Positions 40,246-52,500 are shown, counted from the first letter of the stretch. The stretch is DNA of 64,000 bases from Callorhinchus milii (GCF_018977255.1 NW_024704743.1:51524001-51588000), one strand, 5' to 3'. Notes: generated from the sequence alone by a model not told the origin. Made by a program: numbers and translations.

Positions 40246-40537
40246 CAGATAATTGCAATAAAGTCAAGTTACTGTTGATTTGTAGACAAATAAGACAGCC
40301 AAATTACATACAGCAAGAGTCCCACAAACAGCTTTTTGCACGTAAGAACTGTTAGTCAGTTAATCCTGTACCCCATAAAGAGGTACTCAAATGCAGGCAG
40401 CAACATTAATTGTGAATGGAAAATCTTTGGGCCATCTTTGAGCCCAATCATTGTACCAAAGTTTCCACAATTATCAATCATATAATAACTATCACCAGTG
40501 GTAATTATCTAATCACATATCAATCTTTTTCACTCCA

Positions 40538-40928
40538 ATAATGATTATAATAATTATAATAATTCTTGCATTTGATATAACACCTTATCACTTCGTCGAG
40601 ACAACTCAAAGCGTTTCACAGAATATACTGTAAAGTGTAGTGTGTTTTGTAGGCAAAACGTGGCAGCCAATTGCACACAGCAGTGTCCCACAAACAGTCA
40701 TGGATCGAATGACCAAATTATTATTATTAATATTATTTTGTAGAGAATATTAACCCCGGAAAGTGATCTGCTAATCGACTAACACGCGGGTTCCTACTTA
40801 CCACTAGGTAAACATAGGCGAGTGTGTGGAGTAAGGAAACTTGTCTAAGGTTTCGCCCTGCCTCGGAAGCAAACCCAGGCCCTCTCGCTTGTGAGATGAG
40901 TGTTCTAACCACTACGCTACAGGACTCC
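40538..40928 (-). mobile_element. Young tRNA-derived SINE, long subfamily, full length
   Basis: rc starts ggagtcctgtagc and includes the extra tgtttacctagtggtaagtaggaaccc...ttccgggg segment. Confidence 0.93.
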
Positions 40929-41549
40929 ACCTTACTATAACTACTATTATGATCATCATAACATCAAAAATGCATTGAAGTGTTTATTTAAAAATCAAAA
41001 TCAGTCAATTTAAGAAAAATATTTTTAATTGTGAGCAATATTCATACTTTATGGAAACACAGTAATAATACTCAACCCCCCCATATAGATTAAGACAAAA
41101 TATTGTTTAAGTACACAGTAATAGATTCACTGAAAGCAAATACAAAAGGAAATGAGTGCATCCCAGGAGTCATATTGAGAGCTAAAGGCAAGGAATCAAC
41201 ATCCAATTTAATCCTTTATGATAATTTTTCAATACAAAATTAAATTACGATTTTGACTTTGACCTTGGTTGTATGGTTTCTCAACATCTTCAAAAGAATT
41301 AAGGAAGGAAATGTGGACAAGCACAATATTCTACAGTGTTATTTTAAAATATGTACTGAAGATAAAAATTACAATCCTGTACAGCTGCACAGCTGTTTTA
41401 CTTGTGTTATGAAGCAAATCTTATTCCCTATCCTACCTGTCCCACAATTGGTAGGTGGGCCTTCAGCTTGTTTGTCCCACCTCTCTGGAACCCCATCTCA
41501 GAATCCCTCTGACTGGCTCCCTCTCTCATCTCTTTCAAGGTCCATCTCA

Positions 41550-41665
41550 AGACTGGGATAAAGTACATAGGTAGTTCAGGACACATATGCAGGTGACTGC
41601 CAGGAAGGTGGAAGGCGAACTAGATGGACTTTGGTCTTTTTTCATCTAGTCTTTCTAATGTTCTT
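41550..41665 (+). mobile_element. CR1-like 3' UTR (second subfamily)
   Basis: Matches 8775-8885. Confidence 0.6.
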
Positions 41666-41669
41666 AAGA

Positions 41670-41815
41670 CTGATCTCTTTGACTGCCCTTTCGATAATAT
41701 TTCTCCTCCCCACTTCTCCTTGGCTCCCCCTCAGCTTGGGTGGTCCAGTCTGTAATGTAAAGTGCTGAAGGACATTCTCCCATTTTGGAAAGCGCTATAT
41801 CAATGTAAATTTGTA
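41670..41815 (+). mobile_element. L2 3' end
   Basis: aagactgatctctttgactgcc...ggacattctccc...gaaagcgctatatcaatgtaa. Confidence 0.65.
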
Positions 41816-41914
41816 TTCTATAACATTTGTAAATCTGTGGAAATGCAAAGAATATGCATTCACAGCCTAAATGAAGTTTCAAGCAAAGGAATTTAACATG
41901 AGTGGATTATGATG

Positions 41915-42209
41915 AGGGACAAAACCTTAGGCAAGTTTCCTTACTCCACACGCCTCTGTTTAGCTAGCAGTGAGGAGGAACCCACTTGTTATTCGGTTGG
42001 CGAATCCCTTTGTGGTAATAATCCCTTAAAAAATAGTAGTCACTCAATCCACAACTGTTTGTGAGAAACTGTTGTGCACAATTGGCTGCCATGTTTTGCC
42101 CACAAATATACAGTCAATTCACTTTACAGTCTATTCTGTGAAGCACTTTGAGACGACTACAAGACATGAAAAAGTGTTATATCAAATGCAAGGATTATTA
42201 TTATTATTA
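41915..42209 (+). mobile_element. Young SINE, long subfamily, 5'-truncated
   Basis: aaaccttaggcaagtttccttactccacacgcctctgtttagctagcagt... ending in (ATT)n. Confidence 0.9.
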
Positions 42210-42599
42210 TGATCAATTGCATTGATCAGAGCTGTGTTTCACATTTAACTATTCAAAATTGTAGGGTGTGGCTGCAGATTCCGAGTTATGTGTTTTTTGA
42301 TTTTCCCAATTATTATCATCAGGGAACAATTCTAGCCAGCCTTGCCTCTCAGGCTAATACATTTTTCCCTCACACAGTTAATGTGTATTTTCTCAACAGT
42401 GTTCCATCTTTTGAACTCTAGCAAGTTCCAATTCTCTTGCTATTCTTAAAACCTGATCCATTTATAACAAGACAATTACAATATAATTTACATTTATGTC
42501 TATCCTGAAATTGCCCTTTGCAAACCTAAATCTATGTCCCCTTGTTCTGCTGTCTCTGTAATTCTAAAAGACAACGGATGAGTCACAAGCTCCAATATC

Positions 42600-43495
42600 G
42601 TGAACAATTCAGAAAGTTCAGGTAGATGTGGATTCTTGGTTGCCCAGAACCTATCCACAAATAAAAGTCAGACATATGAAATAAAGCCTCACCTGCAGCA
42701 TGTCAGTCCTGATCATAGAACTACTGCATGGAAGGTAGGAAAGAAAGAAAAAGCTTGATGGCAGGTTGAAATCATACTGGGCTGTGAAAAGTGAATTGTC
42801 AATGCAAGATGTATTGCTCCTGAGGGACAGCCATTTCATGATTCCTGTGTCGATGCAACACGAGATGCTGGAGAAACTACACGTTGGACATGAAGGGTCA
42901 GAAAACATAGCCATATGGTGGCTTGGCTTAAGTAAACAACTTGAAGATGTTGTTTAGAATTGCCTGAAGCAGTTCTAAGGTCAAATGCAGTCAAGTTCAC
43001 AATTCAATGCTTGAGTGACTCTGGCAGAGAGTTGGGACAGACCTATTCTCTTTTAAAAGAGCTGGCACAGACACGATGGGCTAAATGGCCTCCTTCTGTA
43101 CTGTATAATTCTATGATTCCATTCCACCAGAAAGATAATGATTATCTATTGATGGTAGACTCATTCTCTTGTTCACAGGGGCAGTTCAGATGATTTGCAC
43201 TGTGTCAGCGGATGTTGGAGAACATCTGAAAGTCAATATTTACATGTCATGGGAAACCAGCAACAGGTTAGTTTGGATAATGGACCACAATTTTCTAGCT
43301 CACATTTTAATCCTTTGAAAAACAAGATTCTGTGTAACAGAATTTGCATAGAAATGGTGAGACAGGGAAAATAGATGATAAAGAACTTCTCAAAAGGGGC
43401 TCAATATACAACATGCCATAATATCACAGGAATATGACAAACGGGATGCAGTCTCCAGAAATGTTAATTGGGAGGTAACTAAGAAAAGCAATGTT
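42600..43495 (+). mobile_element. Ty3/Gypsy LTR-retrotransposon pol relic (integrase zinc-binding + catalytic core), heavily decayed
   Basis: Translated pieces in the expected order: YWAVKSELSMQDVLLL..FMIP..MLEKLHVGHEG..IWWLGLSKQLEDVV, WQRVGTDLF, DYLLMVDSFS, SIFTCHGKP, DNGPQFSS, SPEMLIGR*LR. No LTRs recognised. Confidence 0.88.
43055..43125 (+). mobile_element. CR1 extreme 3' tail nested in the Gypsy integrase
   Basis: gagctggcacagacacgatgggctaaatggcctccttctgtactgtataattctatgatt matches 6170-6229. Confidence 0.9.
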
Positions 43496-43524
43496 TTCTG
43501 CAAAGCTTAATTCCATCTTGTCTG

Positions 43525-43800
43525 AGTGAGAACCCATCTGTATGTTCAGGTGGACGTTAAAGAACCCATGACACCATTTCAAAATGAGAAGGGACTTTAT
43601 ACTGGTGTCTCGGCCAACAATCTCCATATAACATATATTGTGATTCACTTTATCCCTGTTTGTGGGATGTTGCTGTATGCAAATTAGCTGTCATGTTTGC
43701 CCACAAATACACATCCACTACAGTTCACAGTAAATCCTGTGAAAAAAAGATATCCTCTTGATGTGAAAGTACTAAATGCAAGGATTAATATAATATCTTA
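43525..43800 (+). mobile_element. Old Deu-domain-type SINE
   Basis: cccatctgtatgttcaggtggacgttaaagaacccatgacaccatttc...ctgtttgtgggatgttgctg. Confidence 0.85.
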
Positions 43801-44894
43801 TTATTACAACTCTGAATACTTTCAGACTTCTGGCTTGAATATAATAAGGTGCTATATCAAATGTTAGGATTATTATTATTAATAAGTTTGTTTCTCAACT
43901 AAAACTGAAACATTAAAATCCATTAAAATCCAGATATGTCACCCATTTAAAGGACCTCTAAGCGTAGGTTTATAATCATCAATCCTTACCACACAAGTAC
44001 TGATTCATGCAGTCAAGCTTTTCAAAGGTATGGTAATGGATCTCAAAACAAGTGTGACAGCACAAACGCTGAATCAATTATGGGGGAGGTTAATGACAGG
44101 GTGAAGAGACAGACGGCAAATTCAGGAAGAGTGGGTGGTAATGCAGAATCTGGCACTAACAGCATGGATAAACTATGTGAACAATTAAGAGTCTCCAATC
44201 TGCTAACAAGTTGCAATCGAGGATTATCAGGACAGTAATGCACATTGGAGGACACAGACAACCTCTTTGGGATCATAATTTTCAGTTGTTTCTACATCTG
44301 ATCACAGAACAAACAACAGACATAATGTCTGTATGTAATGACCAACTTAAGCTACTGGTCAAGTCTGACCTATAAAGTTCTGTGCACATATAATAGGAAT
44401 TGACACTGAATAGTGTGCAAGAACTAACTTTGTTTGTTCATATACTTTGGAACAAATTGTGATCTACTTACAATATTTCTTAACAGCATTCCACAATAAG
44501 TCACATAAATGCTCTACAGGGAAAATATGTACAGGAACTCCTTTGGTAACTGAAAATATGTCGAGCTGAACTGTGATACCTGTGAGAATTCCAGTGCTGA
44601 CCAGGCGTATTTCCGGAGCAATCTTCCCAAGGTCATCAGAAATTCGGACAAGATTCCTTATTAAGTAATCTCGTTATTTAATACCACATATTGGATTCCA
44701 CTGCCAATAATAAAATAGGTGTAAATGTAATAATGTTCACAAAAGTTCTTTAGGCACTGATATGTTTTACTAATTGTGGACCCAAATCTATTAAAAAAAA
44801 CATATATGGGTGCACTAACCCTTCTGTATCTGCATATTTTAGTATTTTTGATTCTTTGGAATGCGAGTGATGTGATAATTTTGAATGGGAACTG

Positions 44895-45075
44895 CTCCTG
44901 TGGATATTAAAGATCCCATGGCACCATTTTCAAGAAGAGCGGGGTGTTTCTCTGTTATCCTGACTAATATTCCTCCACATCATCTAAATTCACCCAAACA
45001 CAGATTTACTTGTCATTCTACTGCGGGATGATATTGGCACAGATTAGCTGTTGCTTTTGCCTGCATAACAGAGGA
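44895..45075 (+). mobile_element. Old Deu-domain-type SINE fragment
   Basis: gtggatattaaagatcccatggcaccattttcaagaagagcggggtgtttctc. Confidence 0.8.
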
Positions 45076-45126
45076 CATTTACGTAGCACCCTTCTTATAG
45101 GGTAATATCTCAGAACTCTTTACAAT

Positions 45127-45443
45127 AAATAATAATAATAATAATCCTTGCATTTGATATAGCGCTTTCCACGTCGGGAGGATGTCCCAAAGCGCTTCAC
45201 AGAACACACTGTAAAGTGAATTGACTGTATATTGGTGGGCGAACGCGGCAGCCAATTGCGCACAGCAATGTCCCACAAACAGTCGTAGATTGAAAATGAC
45301 CAATTTATTATTGTTTTGGGTTTTGGAGGGATTATTAGGTGTGTGGAGTAAGGAAACTTGCCCAAGGTTTCGCCCTGCCTGGAATTGAACTCAGGTCTCT
45401 CACTTGCAAAGTGAGTGCTCTAACCACTGAGCTACAGGACTCC
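45127..45443 (-). mobile_element. Young tRNA-derived SINE, short subfamily, full length
   Basis: Nearly identical to 25853-26166; acaa flanks both ends (possible short TSD). Confidence 0.95.
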
Positions 45444-45801
45444 ACAAAGGACAGGATGAGAAGCAAAACAAGGGAAAAGAGTAGGGTAGGAGGGGGCGAT
45501 GGTCATAGGGACATTCGATTTAATAAAAACATCCTGCATTTATAGAGTGCATGTCATGCAGGACAGCGTTCAGGAAACAATTCACTGCACTTCAAAGTAA
45601 CTCATTGTTTAAAGCATATTGAGATATTTCAATGTGACAATGTGCTACATCAACTGAACGTTTTTTTTGTTATTCTTTGTATTTATTTGTACCTCCAATT
45701 ATCTCAGTGTATTTTATATATTGTTGCAGATGTGCTATATTTGCTGCTCATTTCAAGGTGACTTTTGTTGGGAGTGAGAGAACTTCAGTATTGCTTTCAA
45801 C

Positions 45802-45875
45802 TAGTGGTGGCCAACCTGTGGTCCATGGGGTTGGAAGTGGCTTACAGGGCTGTCAAGACATGGCCCCTCGAACAT
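45802..45875. mobile_element. hAT-Charlie-like transposon end
   Basis: tagtggtggccaacctgtggtccatgggg..gaagtggc is similar to 33705. Confidence 0.55.
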
Positions 45876-47478
45876 TCATACAAATCTAAGTAAGTGCATG
45901 TTTAATCGCTGGGGGCAATTTCCTTCATCAAACAATAATCACAATCATAAAGGAGTGCTTTATACTGCAGCAATATGCAACATACTTCAGATGACTTTCC
46001 TGGGCCTCTCATATATGTGTCCAAGCAGTCATAGGATGTATGAACGTTGTGTCCATTGAGTTCAGGGAACTCCGTTACAACTGAAGAGTACTTTGATTTA
46101 TGACCTATGACATTAAAGTAGACAACAGTCCTTTCTCCTTTGTGGATTAAAAGCAAAGCCTTGATCTCCATATTACACTCAGTATTATTAGTTTACCTTT
46201 ATGCTAAAAGGCAGCTGAGTTGACTGCCACACACTGTAAAAATCCAAGAGATAAGAAGTACTTACTCATCTCTTATAGTTGCCATCTCTGTAAAAGCACT
46301 ACAAGTTCTTTCAGCATATAAGTCACTCAGCTGCATTTAGAGCACATAAAAAACATTCATGTAGGTGTGACATATTGCAGATTTTACTTTTTAGTACAGC
46401 ACGGGTAGATTGATAGTCATCCAAAATCACCATGCAATATTTCAACAGACACTTAGCTGGATAAAGGAGGGGATTCAGCTTCCCTCAGTAAGTCAACTCA
46501 CAAAAGATGAATGAATAGCATCAACACAGTAGCTTCTAGTGAGATATTTACATTTATGAGCAAGATCTCAATAGCATTTACAAGGTACGTTTAACAATCT
46601 GCTGATCCCTGGATGTGCCTGGGAGGATGAAATGATTAGTGCATTTATAATCCCATTTTAATAACATGTAATCATGTTTTGCATGTTTGATAGCAAGTCT
46701 ACATGATTCTTGTTCACAAAATGCTATATAAATGGATAATTATGCCCTTAAATAATCCAACATGTCTTCAATCATGTTGCACAATCTTGGCAAACTTCCC
46801 TCCCTTTAGGAAGAGCCTTTGAGTGAGTGCATTTAAATATGCAGGAAAAACTAACAAGAACTAGGAAACTTCATCCTAATAAGGTTTACTGGACTTGGTG
46901 AAGTTGAACATCTTGCAACATTCCTACTCCACAGCCTATTTATCCTTTTTAATGTAGCCTCACATTGTATTCTTTTATGACCTGCTATAAAATCCTTAAC
47001 TACGAGTAATAAAAGCATGTAATAAATTAGTGTTAAAAATGTCATTGTTTAGTGAGGGCCAACAAAGCTCTTGTAGTTTTCCTGCTTTGGATTTTACTTT
47101 TAAAAGGTCAGAGAATGATTGCCATTCTTCACCCTTATTTTTTCTTTGTAGCAAAACACTTACAGGCTAGAGTTTTTTGTATTTGTTGCTTTGGGGGATG
47201 CCTAACCAGAAACTGATGTTGCCTCTCTTGCTGGTCCTCACCGTCATACTGAGAGCATCTGCCTCTGCACTTTGTTATTTCCATTCGTACAAAACATATT
47301 TCTGCGAAACCTTGTTTTGAACTACCTTGTGACATGAAGTATTTATTGGAGAATTAGTTTGCGTTGATTCCTGAGGAATCCTATTGACGTTACTTGGCAA
47401 AAACAAATTCAGTGAAAGTCATATAGCAGAGGCTACATCTGTTTTGTATCAAAAATTACTATCTCTATTGCATAAATA

Positions 47479-47818
47479 CAGTAAACCTCGGTTTACTGGA
47501 CTCCAGGTGTCCAGAATTCATATGTAGCTAGACTGGGCCCAAAACTATTTTTAAAAAAAATTCAGTAGGAAGTCTCCTGTATACTCCCGCCACTAGCACA
47601 CACCCCCACCTCACTGTCCTTCGTGGCCTTCAGCTTATTTGTTATTTTCTGCTTGCGGGATTCAAACAATTACGATGCCGGTATTAGCTGGAAAAGCCAG
47701 CGCCGAAAGGAGTCGGTAAATGCCGGTTCTGGCATTGTGATTACACTTAGCCATAAATTCCCGCTCACCACACCAGGTCTCCCACCCCCAATTGGTCCGG
47801 CTAGTCAGGGTTTTAGTG
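47479..47818. mobile_element. Tc1/mariner (Tigger/pogo-like) MITE with TA flanks
   Basis: TA|cagtaaacctcggtttactggac ... gtccggctagtcagggttttagtg|TA; a possibly related stretch lies at 27846-28025. Confidence 0.65.
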
Positions 47819-48296
47819 TAATTCCATCGCTGCTCAGAGAAGGGAATGAGGTGATGTTATTCTAGGCAGCTACAGAAAATTATCACATTTCCTCTGCCTG
47901 GTATATGAGTTAATAATTCTGAAATAAATGTCTTTATGTTGTAGCATACACACATCTTATTGAAATTGGGTAGAATCCTGACCAACTTCACTTTTAATAT
48001 GCAGGCATATATGGGTTGCATTGGTATGTTTCTCAGTTCGATTAAAGATGTCCAATAGAGTTCACTTAAACGTTACGTAGCTTATAATGGCACTGCAAAC
48101 AATAATCTTTTCTTTGGCAGCAGCACTGCAATATAAATGTGATAAGAGTTGTTATCCCAGAGGTAAGTTTTCATCCTTTCTCCAGGTAACATTGGCAAGG
48201 TAGATTCCCCTTTGGAGTGTGATCACTACATATATTTTTCTTGTTGGAGTAATGCGTTTCAGGATTGCTGACCTGTCTAAACTATTTCCAGAGATT

Positions 48297-48828
48297 GGGA
48301 AGACCAGCAAAATAAAATTACAGAAAAATAAAGTTCTAAGTACCAACTAAAAAAGTTCACACCTGTCCAATTGTTTCCCCTTCAGGCTATCTTTCACTTG
48401 TTCCTCAGCAGTGCGCAAGATAAAGCCAACATTTAACTGAATGGTACTGGTTTGACAGTACTGTGAAAGGAGATCTCAGTTTTGGCATTGGTGCAATAGA
48501 GAATTGTTCCAAACTAGTCAGCAAGCTTGTTCCCCACATGAAGGCAGGAATTGAGCTGCACTGCAAGACAATGTTGCCTTTATCTTGCATATTGCTGAAG
48601 AACATGTTCAAAATAGTCTGAAGGGGAAACAACTGGACAAGTGTGAACTTATAATAAATAATAATAATAATCCTTTCATTTGATATAGCGCTTATCACTT
48701 CTTCAAGATATATCAAAGCACTTCATGGAATACACTGTAAAGTGAACTAACTGTATAACTTGTGGGCAAAACTTTCTCAATGGTACCTAGAACTTTATTT
48801 TTCTAAATTGTATTTTGCTGGTCGCCCC
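48297..48828. repeat. Large inverted repeat (about 135-bp arms, about 135-bp spacer); right arm interrupted by a SINE
   Basis: 48297-48433 is the imperfect reverse complement of 48570-48650 joined to 48775-48828. Confidence 0.9.
48651..48769 (-). mobile_element. Young SINE 3' fragment with aactt direct repeats
   Basis: (AAT)n plus the tail; aactt at 48646-48650 and 48770-48774. Confidence 0.88.
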
Positions 48829-49457
48829 GTCCAATGGCTTGTGTCTCAGGGCACTACAAAAACAATTTGTTGATTGTTGGTAAATTTACCAGCCTTCTCA
48901 GATCATTGCACCTTATTACCTACCCCCCTCGCTCTGGTTTGCCAAATTATCATCCTTGGCCGGTAGTGTGAACTCATAAAACAGATAACACTGGAATTGT
49001 GCAGCAAATCAAAAGGATTTAAAACAGAACATTTGGTTCTGATAAAAGTTTGATGCTCAAAAATGTTGACTTGCCTTTGTCTTTCAGATGCTGCTTCGCA
49101 ATTTCAACATGTTGTGGTTTTAGTTAACCTCTTTATTAAGGTTAAACTCTACCACATTAGCTTGAGAATAATATGTTTGCACTAAATTACCAGCAACTGG
49201 GTATTACTTTAACTGAAGGACATCATTAAGCATTTATATAAAACAAGTTCCTTCTGAAAATAACATTGAATGGCAATGTGTGACACCCTCTAGAACTGAT
49301 CCATGCAGATCTAAATGGTTCCAGGCTCAATCCTCAGTCTGTCCTGAATTAGATGATCTCATCTGAAGCAGAGGGGCAAAAATTGGCACAATGCCTCCGT
49401 GATAAGGAGAATAGACTGTGCGTACCAGGCAAGATTTATGTTATCACTGACCTTTAA

Positions 49458-49764
49458 GAGTCCTGTAGCTCAGTGGTTAGAGCATTCACCTCACTAGCGA
49501 GAGACCTGGGTTCGACACCTTGGGCAAGTTTTTTTACTCTACACACCTGATAATAACATTGTATCCTCACGAAAGAAAAACAATAATAAAATTGGTCACT
49601 TCAATCCACGACTGTTTGTGGGACACTGCTGTGCGCAATTGGCTGCTGTGTTTTGTCCACAAATATACAGTCAATTCACTCTATAGTATATTCTGTGAAG
49701 TGCATTGAGATGTCTAGAAGATGTGAAAAATCGCTATATCAAATGCAAGGGTTACTATTATTAT
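49458..49764 (+). mobile_element. Young SINE, short subfamily
   Basis: gagtcctgtagctcagtggttagagc head, a small deletion after the B box, and the tail. Confidence 0.92.
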
Positions 49765-50513
49765 TTACCTCTGCTGGAAGTTAAATTTAGCTACCCACGT
49801 GAAGGGCGCTATACAAATGCAAGCTGTTGTTATTGTTGTTACTGGAAAGGGTGCATGTCTGAATATATGCGTGGTGCTTCCCATAATCAAACAATTAGCC
49901 GACACTCATACTAGAACAGTCACTTGGCCAAAGTGTTCAAAAGCAGGAGGAACCCATGAAACTGCACAACAGCAGGAGTTCAAAGCTGGAGGGGAGGAGG
50001 GCTGGAAATTAGAGAAGTGGAAATTTGTGGAAAAACAACAAAGAGTGCCATCTCCCACTTTTAGACCCTAAGGTGCAATTGAATTTGTCAGATGAAAAAA
50101 AATTGACAACCTGAAGATCAACCTAATCAATTACAGAATTGAAGCAAGGCAGACAATTGCACTGTATTACTGCCCCTCCCATAAACCAACCCAGAAGTAC
50201 ATTGAACTGACAAGCGGCTGCACTCAATACTAAACAATTAACAGCAGCACTAATTTGGCCCTTTCTCACAGACAGTAAAGAATACATCAAAGAAAGAGAA
50301 ACAGGTACCTTCTCTTCCTTTCACTTCCCACAACACTGTTTCTTTGTTCTAAAAAAAACTTTTAAACCCATTGTATCCAGCTTATTCACAACTGAATTGA
50401 GCAATAGGGAAACTATAGTAACCAATAATCTTTTGCACTTCAATGGAAACTATGTATCTTGTTGGACAAAACCCTGGAGGAACCCTGAGTGGCTCTGACA
50501 AGGGGGTCTAGAG

Positions 50514-51323
50514 CCATGTTGTCCAATAGAAATTGTTGACTCGCCACAGGTGTGGCTACGGCGACACCATTTTAGCCACAAGCACTAATTTTGCTAGAAA
50601 AGGCCTTACATACACTCACACAATACAGATAAATATACTTCACATGTATGTTTGTATTTATATTTACTTAACAAACGTCTTCTTCAGTGCAAAACTTTGC
50701 ATTCTCTTTATTTTTCTTTCGCGAGACGTGACAGACCCAATCTCAATTCTCCATCCAGAACGTGGTTGGATGTTGCTTGCCCTATGCCGTGATGTGCCCT
50801 TTTGCCCACAAAATAGAGTCAATTCACTTTACAGTATATTCTGTGAAGCGCTTTGAGAATTTTCAACAACGTGATAAGGTACAATATCAAATGCAAGGAT
50901 TATTATTATTATTATTAATATTATGTGTCCAGTTGCAGCTGCTCGTTATTGGCTGGCCTGAAGTGGTTATTAAGATTTGATGAGCTGACCGCATTTGACA
51001 GAAATAGGGAACACAATGGTTCCACAGTGCCGAAATCCACATTTTTATCCATTTTACACACCATTTTAGTAGATAACCGAGAAAGGAAAGCACACACAAT
51101 GATCAAAAATTACTCACACTTGCTGCTCTATCTCCTACCATTTTACAACAAACGCACAAAACAGGTCAGAGTACACATGCATACGCCATGTGAATATGAG
51201 TATTGAGATCACGTACCCAACGACTATCACTCATTTTTGAATTAATAATCAAAAATACAATTTTGCCACATCTGGATTCCAATTTGTTACATTTGACTAG
51301 TGGCTAACGCATTGAACAACCAG
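50514..51323 (-). mobile_element. Non-autonomous hAT (Charlie-like) DNA transposon with 8-bp TSD GTCTAGAG
   Basis: gtctagag at 50506-50513 and 51324-51331; imperfect TIRs gttgtccaat / attgaacaac; minus-strand remnants ..SNIQPR.. and ..RECKVLH* resemble a Charlie transposase C-terminus (strand inferred from this). Confidence 0.8.
50797..50917 (+). mobile_element. Young SINE 3' fragment nested in the hAT element
   Basis: ttttgcccacaaaatagagtcaattcactttacag... ending in (ATT)n. Confidence 0.88.
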
Positions 51324-52107
51324 GTCTAGAGGCTTGCAGCTAATAGGTCATTCATTCTCTTCCTACTGTAGCTAAAAGCTATAGCTATATGTAGTGCTAA
51401 ATGGTGTGTCTCATTTAAAGCTTGGTCAGCATCATATTCAGTGGCAGCTTTAGCACAGAACTAGGTGTTTCTTTGCTCACCGCCCGAATAGTTTCTTAGT
51501 TATCTTTTCATTTCACTGTGCTATCAAATAGTATTGAGGTACAGGTTCATGCTAACAGTTCCCAATGGAACTAAAGTCATTGGAGACTTGCTGATGAACA
51601 ACAGTAAACATTGTTAAAGAAAACACAAGAAAAGCATCTTCCAAGAGCATCTCTTACTGGCCAGGTACAAAGCAATGTTGACAAAGGCATGTGGACGCGT
51701 TGCCTGCTGAATTTCTTGGTTACGAGAAGGTGTGTGCATATCCTAAACAGTGGGAAACACAGGTAGAGACTGGTAGAAGTTACTAAAGGGCATGTTGAAA
51801 AAGATGAGTTACCTAAAGTGAAGGGAGGGAGTTAGCTACCTCATTGCTCACCAAGTCTAAATAGTTTAAGGCAGACACAAACAAGCAGATGAGATTCTGG
51901 GCTATGTTACCAAAGCAGCTGAGTTCAGATCCCCAGATCTGACACTCGAGTTGTATGCACAGGGCTCAGGTCACATTTTGTGTACATTTCTCATCATTGT
52001 GGAATAAGGGGGTGATACCCTGAACCTAGCGGCAGAAGAGAGCATTCAAGCTCCTGAGCAATTATGGAGAAATGACCTATGAAGAACATTTCTTTGGAAT
52101 ATTATGT

Positions 52108-52500
52108 GGAATCCTGTAGGTCAGTGGTTAGAGCACTCACTTCGCAAACGAGAGGACCTAGGTATGATTCCCGGGCAGGGCGAAACCTTAAGCAAATTTC
52201 TTTACTTCACACGCCTCCTTTTACCTAACAGTAAGTAGGAACCAGTTGTTAATCGATTGTTGGATCGCTTTTCCGGGGGTAATAATCCCTTCAAAATAAA
52301 TAAATAAATAAATAAATAATGATTTGGTCACTCAATCCATAACTGTTTGTGGGACACTGCTGTGTGCAATTGGCTGTCGCATTTCGCCCACAAAATATAC
52401 AGTCAATTCACTTTACAGTATATTCAGTGAAGTGCTTTGAAATGCCTCGAAGAATGATAAGGCATGATATCAAATGCAAGGATTATTATTTTTATTATTA
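52108..52500 (+). mobile_element. Young SINE, long subfamily, full length
   Basis: ggaatcctgtaggtcagtggttagagc head, long body and tail. Confidence 0.93.

Noticed and set aside
45120..45365. Near-identical short ORFs (MGKFPYSTHL...) at 25840, 45120 and 49520 suggesting a gene family
   Set aside because: They are incidental translations of the SINE consensus.
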